From Eubacteriales bacterium (lineage in GTDB: Bacteria > Bacillota > Clostridia > Oscillospirales > CAG-272), in contig JAZUKN010000041.1 of assembly GCA_045643285.1 (NCBI GenBank), positions 666 to 64,665 of the forward strand: a stretch of DNA of 64,000 bases, written 5' to 3'. A model generated the notes under the pieces. That model was not told where the DNA came from. It saw only the letters and a list, made by a program, of their open reading frames with translations, and did not search any database. This document shows, piece by piece, positions 1 to 10,595 of the stretch. The position numbers and the translations under genes are program-made. Position 1 is the first letter of the stretch. Every line of letters starts with the position of its first letter.

Positions 1-1063
1 ATTTCTGCGTCTCGCTGATTGCGAACTGTCTTATCTTCATATCTGCGAGGTATTCGCCCATTGTGTTCGTGATCTCCGGCGGAGAAACGAGGTACTTGTG
101 CGGAATGTGGAGGTCGCCGTCATATTCGAGCATGCCGGCGTATACCACATCGGGCTTCTTCACTCTGTCGAATTTGTCAAATTCTGCGCCGCCGTCGAAC
201 GCCTTGGAGATCTCAATGGATCTGTCGCCGCGGAAGTTGTAGAATATCACCGAGTCGCCGTCTTCGACCGTGCCGACGGGCTTGCCGTTCTCTGCAATAA
301 CGAACGGCGGAAGATCCTGGTCGATTGCGTGTGTTTCGGCGCGGTATGTCTCTATTGCTTCGTGAGCGGAGGAGAACTGTCTGCCCTCGCCGAGAACGTG
401 CGTCTTCCAGCCTTTTTCAACCATAGCCCAGTTGGCTTCGTATCTGTCCATGGTGATCTGCATTCTGCCGCCGCCGGATGCAATCTTTATATTGCAGTTT
501 TCGTCGGACAGCTCTGCGATGAACGCTTCAAACGAGTCAACATAATCGAGCGCGGACGTTTCGCCTACGTCACGTCCGTCGAGCAGGATGTGGATGCGGA
601 TATTCTTCACGCCCTCTTTTTTAGCTTCAATGAGCATCGCCTTGAGGTGGTCGATGTGGCTGTGAACGTTGCCGTCGGAGAACAGACCGAGGAAGTGGAG
701 AGTGCCGCCTGTTTTCTTCACATTCGAGATAAGCTCGCACCATGTATCGGACGCGAACATTTTGCCGGTTTCTATCGAGAGAGAGACGAGCTTTGCACCC
801 TGTGCGAACACCTGACCGGAGCCGAGAGCGTTGTGACCGACTTCGGAGTTGCCCATGTCGTCGTCCGTCGGAAGACCTACTGCCGTGCCGTGCGCTTTGA
901 GCTTTACCCACGGGCAGGTCTCAAAGAGTTTGTCGAGATTCGGTGTGCGTGCGAGACGTACTGCGTTTGCCTCAGATTCGGGAGCGATGCCCACGCCGTC
1001 CATTACGACTGTGAGAACGGGGCGAACTCCGCCGAAATTCTTGAGTTTTTCGAGTTGTTTCAT
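1..1063 (-). CDS. gpmI: 2,3-bisphosphoglycerate-independent phosphoglycerate mutase (3' end runs off the window)
   Basis: Not in the ORF track. Manual minus-strand translation from ATG at 1063 gives [25 protein letters not shown]...[27 protein letters not shown] and later HILLDGRDV, which are iPGM motifs. Confidence 0.93.
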   Translation of the reverse strand, partial: MKQLEKLKNFGGVRPVLTVVMDGVGIAPESEANAVRLARTPNLDKLFETCPWVKLKAHGTAVGLPTDDDMGNSEVGHNALGSGQVFAQGAKLVSLSIETGKMFASDTWCELISNVKKTGGTLHFLGLFSDGNVHSHIDHLKAMLIEAKKEGVKNIRIHILLDGRDVGETSALDYVDSFEAFIAELSDENCNIKIASGGGRMQITMDRYEANWAMVEKGWKTHVLGEGRQFSSAHEAIETYRAETHAIDQDLPPFVIAENGKPVGTVEDGDSVIFYNFRGDRSIEISKAFDGGAEFDKFDRVKKPDVVYAGMLEYDGDLHIPHKYLVSPPEITNTMGEYLADMKIRQFAISETQK

Positions 1064-1098
1064 TTCTTTTTCCTCGTTTATATATAGATTTTTTGTAT

Positions 1099-1653
1099 TC
1101 AGTTTTCGTGAGCGGTGTCCGTAAGGCCGTAGATGTTGTATGTCTTCAGTCCGGCTTTTTGTGCCATGCGGAACGTCTGTCCCGCGCCGCTTCTGAACGA
1201 GCCGTTATAGTATGCCACACAGAATGATGAATTGTCAACCATAAATTGGTTTCTTTCTTTCATACATCCGTCAAAATAGAAGTCGTGCAGGTATATGACC
1301 GATTCAGCCGCCGCCTTGAGCCGCATATATTCGCGTATAGCGGACGTGCCGTTTTTGCCTGCCTTGAGCCAGTTCTCGGTCTGATTCCTGCACGGTATCG
1401 CAAGAACGAGCGAAACAGAGTTGTTTTTCGCGGCTTCTTCGGCGATGACGTCCTCGGCGAGCATATCGAATCCAATCGCACCGCCGCAAAGAAAAAATCT
1501 GAATCCGCAGGAAGAGAGCAGGCGCACGGCGTGGACGGTCTTCTCGCGCACAAAAGCCAGGTCGCGCTCCGGTATTGTTCTGTGCCCCGTAAAACAGCAC
1601 GTATTATCGCGCGTCATTCCGGCAGGGAGGATTATTTCGTTCGTGTTATCCAT
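1099..1653 (-). CDS. SLOG-superfamily protein (YpsA/DUF1273-like)
   Basis: [27 protein letters not shown] and SGAGQT motifs. Confidence 0.8.
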   Translation of the reverse strand: MDNTNEIILPAGMTRDNTCCFTGHRTIPERDLAFVREKTVHAVRLLSSCGFRFFLCGGAIGFDMLAEDVIAEEAAKNNSVSLVLAIPCRNQTENWLKAGKNGTSAIREYMRLKAAAESVIYLHDFYFDGCMKERNQFMVDNSSFCVAYYNGSFRSGAGQTFRMAQKAGLKTYNIYGLTDTAHEN

Positions 1654-1716
1654 CTACAGTGTTTTCTCCGTTGACTTTTTTCTGGCGGTGTGTTATAAAA
1701 TAAGCATAAACGATCA

Positions 1717-2271
1717 ATGAAAGCGGAAAGCGATATGGAAATCAGAATAAAGGACAAAGTCACCTCGGATGCCGTAAAAGCGTGGGTGTTTCTCGACGGA
1801 CTTGACGCATACGACTGCGTGATAACGGATTCTCCGGAAAGCTCACCGGACAACAGCCGCCCGACGGTTTATCTTTCATCCTTCGGCACACCGCCGGAAC
1901 TTAGAAAGCTGTCGGAAGCGGTAAGAGCCTGTGCTACGATACAGTCGCAGAAATGCACGGGATCGGTGAAAAAGCCGTCGGCGCCGGTGTTTTCGTTCGG
2001 CGAAAGAACCGTATCATACTGTGGGCAGTCCGTGCGTCTTACAGGGAGAGAATATGCGCTTCTCGGCTGTCTTGCAAGCCGTGCCGGATCTGTCGTCAGC
2101 CGCGACGAGATACGTGAAAAAGTATTCGACGGAGAGACAGACAGTGACTCGAACGCCGCAGACGTTTATGTAAGTTATCTTCGCCGCAAAACGGAACCGT
2201 TATTCGGCAAAGGTGCGATAATATCGGTTCGAGGGAAAGGATATATGTTAAAACTTCCGCCCGCGGAATAA
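1717..2271 (+). CDS. OmpR/PhoB-type winged-helix DNA-binding protein without a canonical receiver domain
   Basis: C-terminal LTGREYALL...VVSRDEI...DVYVSYLRRK...IISVRGKGY; the N-terminus is short and atypical. Confidence 0.75.
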   Translation: MKAESDMEIRIKDKVTSDAVKAWVFLDGLDAYDCVITDSPESSPDNSRPTVYLSSFGTPPELRKLSEAVRACATIQSQKCTGSVKKPSAPVFSFGERTVSYCGQSVRLTGREYALLGCLASRAGSVVSRDEIREKVFDGETDSDSNAADVYVSYLRRKTEPLFGKGAIISVRGKGYMLKLPPAE

Positions 2272-2607
2272 AGAGTCAGTCGCGCAAAAGTTGCACATAT
2301 ATAGTATACCACAAAATCCGCGCAAACGCACGGAAAAGAGAAAAATTTCTTTTTCGTGAAAAAGAAGGTTTTTTGAAGTCTCACGGCCACGCGCAAAAAC
2401 ACCTATATACACCGTAGGGGAGACCATCGGTCTCACGTCCGACGGGTTGCACTTTCTTCACAGCGGAAGAAAGGAAGAAAACACTTCGTGTTTTCAAATA
2501 ATTATATTCCACTGCGCGTGAGAAAAACTTTTTTCCGAAAAGTGGTTTACTTTTCGCCGCCTTTCGTATATAATGTATTGTATGTAATATAATACTTTCC
2601 TCAAAAG

Positions 2608-2810
2608 ACCGTGATCGGGAAGAACCGGACTTTCCTGCGGCTTCAGAGAGCACTGCCACCGGCTGAAAACAGTGCGCCGCCTGTCCGAATGTGCGCCCGT
2701 GAGTCTGCTCACAGAGCCGCCGCGCCGCGTTACAGCGAAAGTGATAAATCAGAGTGGAACCGCGATCATTCGCCTCTGCCGGCTTTTTCGCCGTGCGGGC
2801 GTTTTTTGTT
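2608..2810 (+). promoter_or_regulatory. T-box riboswitch leader (Cys)
   Basis: CAGAGAG and GGCTGAAA stem-I motifs, TGC specifier in GAATGTGCGCCC, T-box AATCAGAGTGGAACCGCG at ~2747-2764, then a hairpin plus T-run, directly upstream of cysE and cysS. Confidence 0.85.
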
Positions 2811-2840
2811 TCCGCGGACGCTATATATCGGAGGACTCCA

Positions 2841-3557
2841 ATGAATTCACCCGACAACAGAACGGAAATCACCATAACCCTTGAGACCGCCTTCGGAAAG
2901 GCGCTCTACCGCGAGATCACCGGAATAAAAGCCGACATCGACGCAATAGTCGAGCGCGACCCTGCCGCACGCGGAAAAGCCGAAGTCGTCCTGCTTTATT
3001 CCGGACTTCACGCGCTTATCCTGCACCGCATTGCGTATTCTTTACACACACATAAACTCAGATTCACCGCGCGCGCCGTATCCCAGCTCGCAAAATTTCT
3101 TACGGGAATCGAGATCCACCCCGGCGCAAAGATCGGAAAAGGCGTGTTCATTGACCACGGCGCAGGCGTTGTCATCGGCGAAACTGCCGAAGTCGGAGAC
3201 AATTGCACCATATATCAGGGCGTCACCCTCGGCGGCACCGGCAAAGAGACCGGAAAACGCCATCCTACGCTTGAAGACGGCGTTATGGTCGGCGCAGGTG
3301 CAAAGCTCCTCGGCGGCTTCACGGTAGGAAAAGGCTCGAAAATCGCCGCAGGTGCAGTCGTTCTCGGTGACGTTCCCGAAAACTGCACTGCAGTCGGCAT
3401 ACCTGCTCACATCGTCCGCAGAGACGGCATAAAAGTCACGGACGACCTCGACCAGGTCCACATCCCCGACCCTGTCGAGAACGAACTGAATGCGCTGAGA
3501 GAACGGATCGCCGCTCTCGAAGAAAAGATAAGGGAAAAGGAGAAAGAAATCAGATGA
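2841..3557 (+). CDS. cysE: Serine O-acetyltransferase
   Basis: RDPAAR, TGIEIHPGAKIGKGVFIDHG and GVTLGGTGKETGKRHPTL; start moved to ATG 2841 after GGAGG. Confidence 0.95.
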   Translation: MNSPDNRTEITITLETAFGKALYREITGIKADIDAIVERDPAARGKAEVVLLYSGLHALILHRIAYSLHTHKLRFTARAVSQLAKFLTGIEIHPGAKIGKGVFIDHGAGVVIGETAEVGDNCTIYQGVTLGGTGKETGKRHPTLEDGVMVGAGAKLLGGFTVGKGSKIAAGAVVLGDVPENCTAVGIPAHIVRRDGIKVTDDLDQVHIPDPVENELNALRERIAALEEKIREKEKEIR

Positions 3558-4783
3558 AATGCCTGAATTGCGGTACAGAATCGAGAGACGGAGAAAAATT
3601 CTGCCCCGAATGCGGTCAGAAGCTGCCACGAAAAACGTTCGGCGGAGTTATCTCCGTTTTAGTCAAAGTCCTGCTCTGTACGCTTATAATGCTCATCTGT
3701 CAGGGCTGTGTCGCATCGTTCTATGAAACCTCGGTAATGCTAAAAGACCCGGCTTACGTCGCGGCGGTGACCTCTGCGGCGGCTGAAATGCAATCGGGTG
3801 CAAGTGCTGAAGAGGTAGCCGAAAGCCTGACAAACGACATCCAATCACTCACCGCGAGAGCAGCCGAAAAGACATTGGAGCGTTTGTCTTCCGTAACGAT
3901 AGTCGGAAATCTCGTAGCATTGCTCGTACTGTTGCTCGTCCTCCGCCTGCGTAAGCATGAGCCGCTGAAATACCTGCGCGTGAAGCTCGTCAATCCGGCG
4001 CGGATACTGTCGTTTCTGCTGTTCGGCGCGGCTCTTTCTTTAGTCGTCGGAGCCGTGATGTCGCTCATTCCCTTCTCTGATAAGATAATCAAAGAATACA
4101 ACGATATGTCTCTTACCGCGCTCTGCAAGGACTCCCTCACAGTACAGATAATCTGCACGGTATTCATCGCACCCGTCATTGAAGAGCTGATCTTCCGCGG
4201 ATTTGCGGTGCCGCATCTTAAGCAGGTCATCGGAAAAGCCGGTGCGGTCGTCGTCTCGTCGCTGTTCTTCGCCTCAGTCCACTTTGCACTCACCACCGCG
4301 TCGCTGATTTCCGTCGGATATGCGTTCGTTGTCGGCATAGTGTTCGCGCTGGCGTTCATCAGGTACGATTCCGTCATCCCGTCGCTTCTCTTCCATATCG
4401 GATTCAACGCCATGAACTTCGTAAAGTTCAACGAGAACGGCACTGTCCCATACGCCGTTGTGATGCTCGGTTTTCTCATCTCCGCACTGCTCGAGTACAG
4501 GATATTCTTCCGTTATCCGACCTTCTCCGACGTTGTGTTCGCGCCGTCGTCGATAGAACCGAAAGACGAAGAAGAAGCGCGCATCATATCGAGAATAGCC
4601 GAAATTCGTTCGGGAGACGACGACTACTACACCGAAGAAATAGAAGAACTGAGCCGCGACTGGGACGAACACTTCCGCGCTCTGCACGGTACAGTATCTC
4701 TGCACGCTACAGTCATTGTCAAAGCCGATCAAACGGATGACGAAAGCAACAACGAAAACGACACCACTCCAAAGGAGCAATAA
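3554..4783 (+). CDS. CPBP/Abi (CAAX protease-like) membrane protein with an N-terminal zinc ribbon
   Basis: CxxC...CxxC N-terminus, APVIEELIFRG, FASVH and HIGFN motifs, several hydrophobic segments. Confidence 0.85.
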   Translation: MKCLNCGTESRDGEKFCPECGQKLPRKTFGGVISVLVKVLLCTLIMLICQGCVASFYETSVMLKDPAYVAAVTSAAAEMQSGASAEEVAESLTNDIQSLTARAAEKTLERLSSVTIVGNLVALLVLLLVLRLRKHEPLKYLRVKLVNPARILSFLLFGAALSLVVGAVMSLIPFSDKIIKEYNDMSLTALCKDSLTVQIICTVFIAPVIEELIFRGFAVPHLKQVIGKAGAVVVSSLFFASVHFALTTASLISVGYAFVVGIVFALAFIRYDSVIPSLLFHIGFNAMNFVKFNENGTVPYAVVMLGFLISALLEYRIFFRYPTFSDVVFAPSSIEPKDEEEARIISRIAEIRSGDDDYYTEEIEELSRDWDEHFRALHGTVSLHATVIVKADQTDDESNNENDTTPKEQ

Positions 4784-4784
4784 A

Positions 4785-6260
4785 ATGAAACTATACAATA
4801 CACTCACAAGGACAAGAGACGAATTTGTCACACACGAGCCGGGCAAGTGCAAAATGTACACCTGCGGACCTACCGTATATCACTTCGCGCACATCGGAAA
4901 CCTCCGCTCGTACATAATGGAGGACGTGCTCGAAAAGTACCTCCGCTATACGGGACTTGACGTTACAAGATGTATGAACATCACCGACGTCGGACATCTT
5001 TCAAGCGACGCAGACACAGGCGAAGACAAAATGCTCAAGGGCGCAAAGCGTGAACACAAGACCGTTATGGAAATCGCGCAATTTTACACGGATGCGTTCT
5101 TCTCTGACTGCGCGAAGCTCAACATAAAGAAGCCGGAGATCGTTGTGCCGGCGACAAGCTATATTGATGAGTTCATCAATATGGTGTCGGGACTTATCGA
5201 CAAGGGCTACGCCTACATCTCGGGCGGAAACGTGTATTTTGATACGTCAAAGCTCGACGACTACTACGTTTTCGGCAATCAGGAAGCCGAAGACCTCGCA
5301 GTCGGAGTGAGAGAGGGAGTAGAGGAAGACTCGTCGAAGCGGAACAAGACAGACTTCGTTCTGTGGTTCACGAAATCGAAATTTGAGGATCAGGAACTGA
5401 AATGGGACAGCCCGTGGGGAGTTGGGTACCCCGGCTGGCACATAGAATGCTCCGCGATCTCGCTCAAAAACCTCGGAGAATACCTTGATCTCCACTGCGG
5501 CGGCATCGACAACGCATTCCCTCATCACACGAACGAGATAGCGCAGAGCGAAGCGTACCTCGGTCACAAGTGGTGCACGCACTGGTTCCATGTTCTCCAC
5601 CTCAACACCGCGTCCGGCAAGATGTCGAAGTCGACTGGCGAGTTCCTCACCGTTTCTCTTCTCGAAGAAAAGGGATACTCTCCGCTCGTTTACCGTCTCT
5701 TCTGCCTCCAGTCGCACTACAGAAAGATGCTTATGTTCTCGTGGGACGGACTTGATTCAACGAAGACCGCATACCAGAAGCTGATCTCGAAAATCGCCGC
5801 AGTACGCGAAGAGGGTGACGTCGACAGCGCGGTATTCGCCGAATACAAACAGAAATTCACCGACGCTATGGACAACGACCTCAACACCGCGCTTGCAGTC
5901 ACAGCCGTATACGACGTTCTGAAAGCGCAGACGAACGGCGCGACAAAGCTCGCTCTGATAAAGGATTTTGATACCGTTCTTTCCCTCTCGCTGATCGAAG
6001 AGGCCGCAAAGGTGCGCGCCGCAAACGACGAAGCCGCACGCGCGAAAGCCGCAGCCGCCGCGTCGAACGAAATGCACATAATTTGCTCGTCCGACGGAGT
6101 TGACGGCGAAATGAAGTCGAAAGTCGAAGCGCTCATCCGCGAGCGTGCCGATGCAAAGAAAGCGAAAAACTACGCACGCGCCGACGAGATCCGCGCTGAA
6201 CTTACCGGAATGGGCGTAACGCTCGTCGACGCAAAAGACGGCGTTACATGGTCTATATAA
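4785..6260 (+). CDS. cysS: Cysteine--tRNA ligase
   Basis: MKLYNTLTR start after AAGGAG; [18 protein letters not shown] and KMSKS motifs. Confidence 0.97.
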   Translation: MKLYNTLTRTRDEFVTHEPGKCKMYTCGPTVYHFAHIGNLRSYIMEDVLEKYLRYTGLDVTRCMNITDVGHLSSDADTGEDKMLKGAKREHKTVMEIAQFYTDAFFSDCAKLNIKKPEIVVPATSYIDEFINMVSGLIDKGYAYISGGNVYFDTSKLDDYYVFGNQEAEDLAVGVREGVEEDSSKRNKTDFVLWFTKSKFEDQELKWDSPWGVGYPGWHIECSAISLKNLGEYLDLHCGGIDNAFPHHTNEIAQSEAYLGHKWCTHWFHVLHLNTASGKMSKSTGEFLTVSLLEEKGYSPLVYRLFCLQSHYRKMLMFSWDGLDSTKTAYQKLISKIAAVREEGDVDSAVFAEYKQKFTDAMDNDLNTALAVTAVYDVLKAQTNGATKLALIKDFDTVLSLSLIEEAAKVRAANDEAARAKAAAAASNEMHIICSSDGVDGEMKSKVEALIRERADAKKAKNYARADEIRAELTGMGVTLVDAKDGVTWSI

Positions 6261-6284
6261 AATCTCACTGAAACGGAAAGAAAA

Positions 6285-6977
6285 ATGGCAAAAGAACTTC
6301 TGCGGGTAAACGGTGTGACGGTATACACCGACGAGGGCGTGCGGCTCTGCTCCGATATATCGTTTTCGCTCAGCGAGGGCGAATATATGTGCATAGTCGG
6401 TCCGGGGGGATGCGGAAAAAGCCTGCTCACCGATATGATACTCGGCATTCGCAAGCCGCTCACCGGCGAGATCGTCTACGAAAACGGACTGACGCGCGCC
6501 GACATCGGCTGTATGCCGCAATCCGCCGACTACATGGGGCAGTCTCTCGTGAGGGACATTGTAATAGGCGGATGCCTTGTGAATATGAACAAACTGTTCG
6601 TCGGACGGCGTGAAAAAGAGACGGCTATGGCAAATCTCGAACGGCTCGGAGTCGCTGACCTCGCAAAACGGCGCTTTGGCGACCTCTCGGGCGGACAGAA
6701 ACAGCGTGTACTTCTCGCGCGTGCGATGTGCTCGGCGAAAAAACTGCTCATTCTCGACGATCCGATGCACGGGCTTGACATCGTCGCAAAGGACGAGCTG
6801 TTCGCTCACATTGTCGAGATCAACCGCGACGACGGGATCGCAGTGGTGATGATCGACCACGACGCGCTCGACGGCACTGTGCTCCACCTCTCCGACCGTA
6901 TGCTCTACTGCGGTCCCGTCGAAGAATACGCAAGCTCCGTCGCAGGAAAATTCTACTTTGCCGGAAGAATAATATGA
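6285..6977 (+). CDS. ABC transporter ATP-binding protein (ZnuC-like)
   Basis: Walker A GPGGCGKS, signature LSGGQKQR, Walker B LILDDP. Confidence 0.85.
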   Translation: MAKELLRVNGVTVYTDEGVRLCSDISFSLSEGEYMCIVGPGGCGKSLLTDMILGIRKPLTGEIVYENGLTRADIGCMPQSADYMGQSLVRDIVIGGCLVNMNKLFVGRREKETAMANLERLGVADLAKRRFGDLSGGQKQRVLLARAMCSAKKLLILDDPMHGLDIVAKDELFAHIVEINRDDGIAVVMIDHDALDGTVLHLSDRMLYCGPVEEYASSVAGKFYFAGRII

Positions 6978-8158
6978 CATCAAAAACAAACTACAAACCC
7001 ACGATAATAGCGGCGTACGTCGGTTACATCGTTCAGGCGATAGTCAACAACTACGTCACGCTTCTGTTCGTAAATTTCCATACGGAATTTGATATTCCGT
7101 TCTCGAAAATCACACTGCTTATCACGCTCAACTTCGTTTCTCAGCTATTGTTCGATTTTCTCGCGGCGTTTTTCGTCGACAGGATCGGCTACCGCGTGAC
7201 AGTCGTTGCGGCGCACCTCTTCTCGGCGGCTGGACTTATCGGAATGGCGTTTCTGCCGTCCGTTATGCCGCCGTTCTACGGACTGCTCGTCTCGTCGGTG
7301 ATCTACGCAATGGGCGGAGGACTTATCGAAGTCGTCGTCAGCCCGATAATCGAGGCATGTCCGAGTGATGACAAGGCAGGCTCAATGAGTCTTCTTCACT
7401 CGTTCTACTGCTGGGGAGTCGTCGGAGTCATTCTCCTCTCAACGGCATTCTTCGCGCTGTTCGGGATCGAAAACTGGCGTATTCTCGCGTGCATCTGGGC
7501 GGCAGTACCGCTCGTCAATGCCGTAGCGTTCATGTTCGTTCCGATCCGCACGCTCACCGAAAAGGGAGAAAGTATGTCGCTCGGAGAACTCGGCAAAACG
7601 GGAATCTTCTGGGTGTTCATCATGCTGATGCTTGCCTCGGGCGCGTCGGAGCTGTCTATGAGCCAGTGGGCGTCCGCGCTTACGGAATCGTCTCTCGGTG
7701 TATCGAAAACCGTAGGAGATCTGCTCGGCGCGTGTATGTTCTCGGTATTCATGGGAGCCACCCGTGTGTTCTACTCAAAGATGAGCGAAAAGATCAAGCT
7801 CGAAAACTTTCTTATGTTCTCGGGCATCCTCTGTGCCGCAACGTACATAATCACGGCGTTCTCACCGCTTCCGTGGCTTTCGCTCGTCGGATGTGCGCTG
7901 TGCGGTATCGCGGTAGGACTTATGTGGCCCGGCGTATACAGTATGGCGTCGGCTCGCTTCCCGAAAGGCGGCACGGCGATGTTTGCGATCCTTGCGCTTG
8001 CAGGGGATCTCGGTTGTTCTACCGGTCCCACATCGGTCGGATTCCTTTCCGGACTGTTCGGCGACGATCTGAAAAAAGGACTATCGTTCGGGCTGATATT
8101 CCCACTGCTTATGATATTCGGACTGTTTTTACTCAAAAAAGAAAAAAAGAAAAGATGA
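6974..8158 (+). CDS. MFS transporter (sugar permease-like)
   Basis: About 12 hydrophobic segments and a VDRIGYR motif-A-like loop. Confidence 0.85.
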   Translation: MTSKTNYKPTIIAAYVGYIVQAIVNNYVTLLFVNFHTEFDIPFSKITLLITLNFVSQLLFDFLAAFFVDRIGYRVTVVAAHLFSAAGLIGMAFLPSVMPPFYGLLVSSVIYAMGGGLIEVVVSPIIEACPSDDKAGSMSLLHSFYCWGVVGVILLSTAFFALFGIENWRILACIWAAVPLVNAVAFMFVPIRTLTEKGESMSLGELGKTGIFWVFIMLMLASGASELSMSQWASALTESSLGVSKTVGDLLGACMFSVFMGATRVFYSKMSEKIKLENFLMFSGILCAATYIITAFSPLPWLSLVGCALCGIAVGLMWPGVYSMASARFPKGGTAMFAILALAGDLGCSTGPTSVGFLSGLFGDDLKKGLSFGLIFPLLMIFGLFLLKKEKKKR

Positions 8159-8161
8159 AAC

Positions 8162-8192
8162 AATCCCGTACTGTGAACAGTACGGGATTTTT
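8162..8192 (+). terminator. Rho-independent terminator
   Basis: AATCCCGTACTG-tgaa-CAGTACGGGATT followed by Ts, just after the MFS stop. Confidence 0.8.
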
Positions 8193-8234
8193 CGTCTTAT
8201 TATCCGCTCCATTTTCCGCATAATTCCGTTTTTA

Positions 8235-8264
8235 TTGACAAGAATATTATAAATATGGTATAAT
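8235..8264 (+). promoter_or_regulatory. Sigma-A promoter
   Basis: TTGACA-N18-TATAAT with a TGn extension, upstream of the 8311 gene. Confidence 0.7.
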
Positions 8265-8310
8265 ATATCCGTTCAACAACTGACCGAAATACAAAAACGA
8301 GGACTTATAA

Positions 8311-9579
8311 ATGATACCTGCAATAATACTGTTCGTGCTCACATATGTGCTGATGATCGTGCTTCCGAAATACCGGCACTTCGTCGCGCTCGGCTCGGCT
8401 GTGCTGACTGTCGTGCTCGGTTTTCTTCCGATAGGAGACGTGCCGTCCGCCGTCGACTGGAACATTCTTATGATGCTCTCCGGCACAATGATAACGGTGT
8501 CGTTCTTCATTGAATCGAAGATGCCGAACCGTATCGCCGACGTTATCATGAAGAAATGCCCGAACATAATGTGGGTAACGATCACAATGTCGCTGTTCGC
8601 AGGTATCGTTTCGGCGTTCATCGACAACGTTGCAACGGTTCTGATGATAGCTCCCGTCGCGCTGGCAGTCTGCAAAAAACTCGGACGCTCTCCCGTACCG
8701 ATGATAATTGCGATAGCCGTTTCGTCGAACTTACAGGGCGCGGCTACCCTCGTCGGCGATACAACGTCAATAATGCTCGGTTCTGCCGCAAATATGAACT
8801 TCACCGACTTCTTCTTCATGAACGGACGCTTCGGCATCTTCTGGGCAGTCGAGATCGGTGCAGTCATGACAGTGCCGATTCTCATGATCATTTTCAGAAA
8901 AGAAAAAGACAAGATCGAGATCACCGAAACCACCGAAGTCGACGGAATATTCCCGTCCGTTGCAATGCTCCTCACCGTCGGACTGCTTATCGCCGCGTCG
9001 TTCATCCCGAACAAGCCGGCGATGACGAACGGATACATCTGCATCGCAATAGCGGCAGTCAGCATTATAGCCTCGGTCATAAAAAAGAAAAACGCCGACT
9101 CCGTAAAAAATGCGTTCTCTGAATTTGACTGGCAGACGGTACTGCTTCTCGCAGGGCTGTTTATAGTCATCGCCGGGATCGAAAACCGCGGCGTTATCGA
9201 CAGGATAAGCGAGATAATGGCTCGTCTCGGCGGCGGAAATATGTTCCTTATGTACACGATAATCGTGTGGGGCTCGGTGCTCGTCTCGGCGTTCGTCGAC
9301 AATATCCCATACGTTGCGACGATGCTCCCCGTTGTTGCATCCATAGCGTCTTCTCTCGGCAAAGAGCCGTATGTGCTGTTCTTCGGTCTGCTCGTCGGTG
9401 CAACTCTCGGCGGCAATCTGACGCCGATCGGCGCGAGCGCAAACATCGCAGGCATCGGCATCCTCCGCAAAAACGGTTACGAGGTAAAGAACGGCGACTT
9501 CTTCCGCATCGGTATCCCGTTCACGCTCGCGGCTGTCATTTCGGGCTACGTCTACTGCTGGCTCGTATGGGGTGTGTAA
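8311..9579 (+). CDS. ArsB/NhaD/CitMHS-family anion permease
   Basis: SAFIDNVATVL, GAATLVGD, SAFVDNIP and LGGNLTPIGASAN motifs. Confidence 0.85.
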   Translation: MIPAIILFVLTYVLMIVLPKYRHFVALGSAVLTVVLGFLPIGDVPSAVDWNILMMLSGTMITVSFFIESKMPNRIADVIMKKCPNIMWVTITMSLFAGIVSAFIDNVATVLMIAPVALAVCKKLGRSPVPMIIAIAVSSNLQGAATLVGDTTSIMLGSAANMNFTDFFFMNGRFGIFWAVEIGAVMTVPILMIIFRKEKDKIEITETTEVDGIFPSVAMLLTVGLLIAASFIPNKPAMTNGYICIAIAAVSIIASVIKKKNADSVKNAFSEFDWQTVLLLAGLFIVIAGIENRGVIDRISEIMARLGGGNMFLMYTIIVWGSVLVSAFVDNIPYVATMLPVVASIASSLGKEPYVLFFGLLVGATLGGNLTPIGASANIAGIGILRKNGYEVKNGDFFRIGIPFTLAAVISGYVYCWLVWGV

Positions 9580-10224
9580 ATGATTGACGAAAAAATCATC
9601 CGCCGCTCCTCACCGACGCTTGACGGACATCTCGACGGTGCGTACCTTTCGTCATATCGGCTTACCGAGCCGCCGCTCGAGCATATACAGTATTCGCCGT
9701 CTCCTATGGAAGTCGCGCGCGAGAAGATGAAAAACACCGGCGGCACGGTCTACGCACTGCACGACGGAGAATATCTGTATCTTTGCGCGGTCATCCGCGA
9801 CGACACGATCTGCACGCGCGGCAAAGAATGGCGTGAAAACGAACGCTGGCCGTGGAACGACGACGGTGCGGAGTTTTACGTCTGGTTCTCGGACGAGGAC
9901 TGCTTTGCGATCCACGCCGACGCGCACAACTACCGCGCGGTAATGGACACGCACGTCTCCGGCGCAACACACGTCTCGTCGTTCGTGTTTGTCGAATATC
10001 CGCACGAAAACTGGGTATCAACTATCGACAGAGAAAAGAACGAATACACGGTCGAAATGCGCGTAAAACTGCCGCCATACGTCAAAAGCGGCTCGAAGGT
10101 CGGTATCCTGCTTGAAATAGATGACAGGTGGGCAGTCGGAGAAGGGACTGACGACATGGTCGGCGCAGTCTACTCCCGTCAGGGGTTTGAGGGTACTGAC
10201 GAATACTTCGCAGTAATAGAATAG
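9580..10224 (+). CDS. CBM9/DOMON-like sugar-binding domain protein
   Basis: PTLDGHLD, HDGEYLYLCAVIRDD, WNDDGAEFY and YTVEMRV pattern. Confidence 0.6.
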   Translation: MIDEKIIRRSSPTLDGHLDGAYLSSYRLTEPPLEHIQYSPSPMEVAREKMKNTGGTVYALHDGEYLYLCAVIRDDTICTRGKEWRENERWPWNDDGAEFYVWFSDEDCFAIHADAHNYRAVMDTHVSGATHVSSFVFVEYPHENWVSTIDREKNEYTVEMRVKLPPYVKSGSKVGILLEIDDRWAVGEGTDDMVGAVYSRQGFEGTDEYFAVIE

Positions 10225-10342
10225 AAAAACGTCCTGTAAAGGACGTTTTTTGATATGTCCTGTTCGTTTGCGTTGACGTATTTCTACGTCGGCGGACAGC
10301 GGGCAAGAAGTACAATCTGCACGTTTGGATGAATTTGCGGCA

Positions 10343-10510
10343 GGAGCAAGCCCCTGCCCTACGGATAATATGGGGTGCCTCGCGCCGCCGTGCAGTTCGA
10401 TGAAATCCGCGGGACGTCGTTGGCGCCGTCCCCTACCGAATGCGGTGGGGTTTTCTGCGACGCTGTGGAGTTTGTCGAAATCCGCGGGAGGGGAAACCCC
10501 TCCTCTACAG
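10343..10510. repeat. Cluster of GTAG-type REP-like palindromes
   Basis: GGAGCAAGCCCCTGCCCTAC (10343-10362) is the exact reverse complement of 40084-40103; further ...CCCCTAC/...CCTCTAC hairpins follow. Confidence 0.7.
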
Positions 10511-10595
10511 CATAAAAAGTGAAGTATCTCGCGTAGCCGTGGATATTTCAAAAAGCTCCCATGCTTTTTCTGCATGAGAGCTTTTTGCTTCGTTG

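Noticed and set aside
98-1087. 329-aa plus-strand ORF
   Set aside because: Antisense shadow of gpmI, which has clear motifs on the minus strand.
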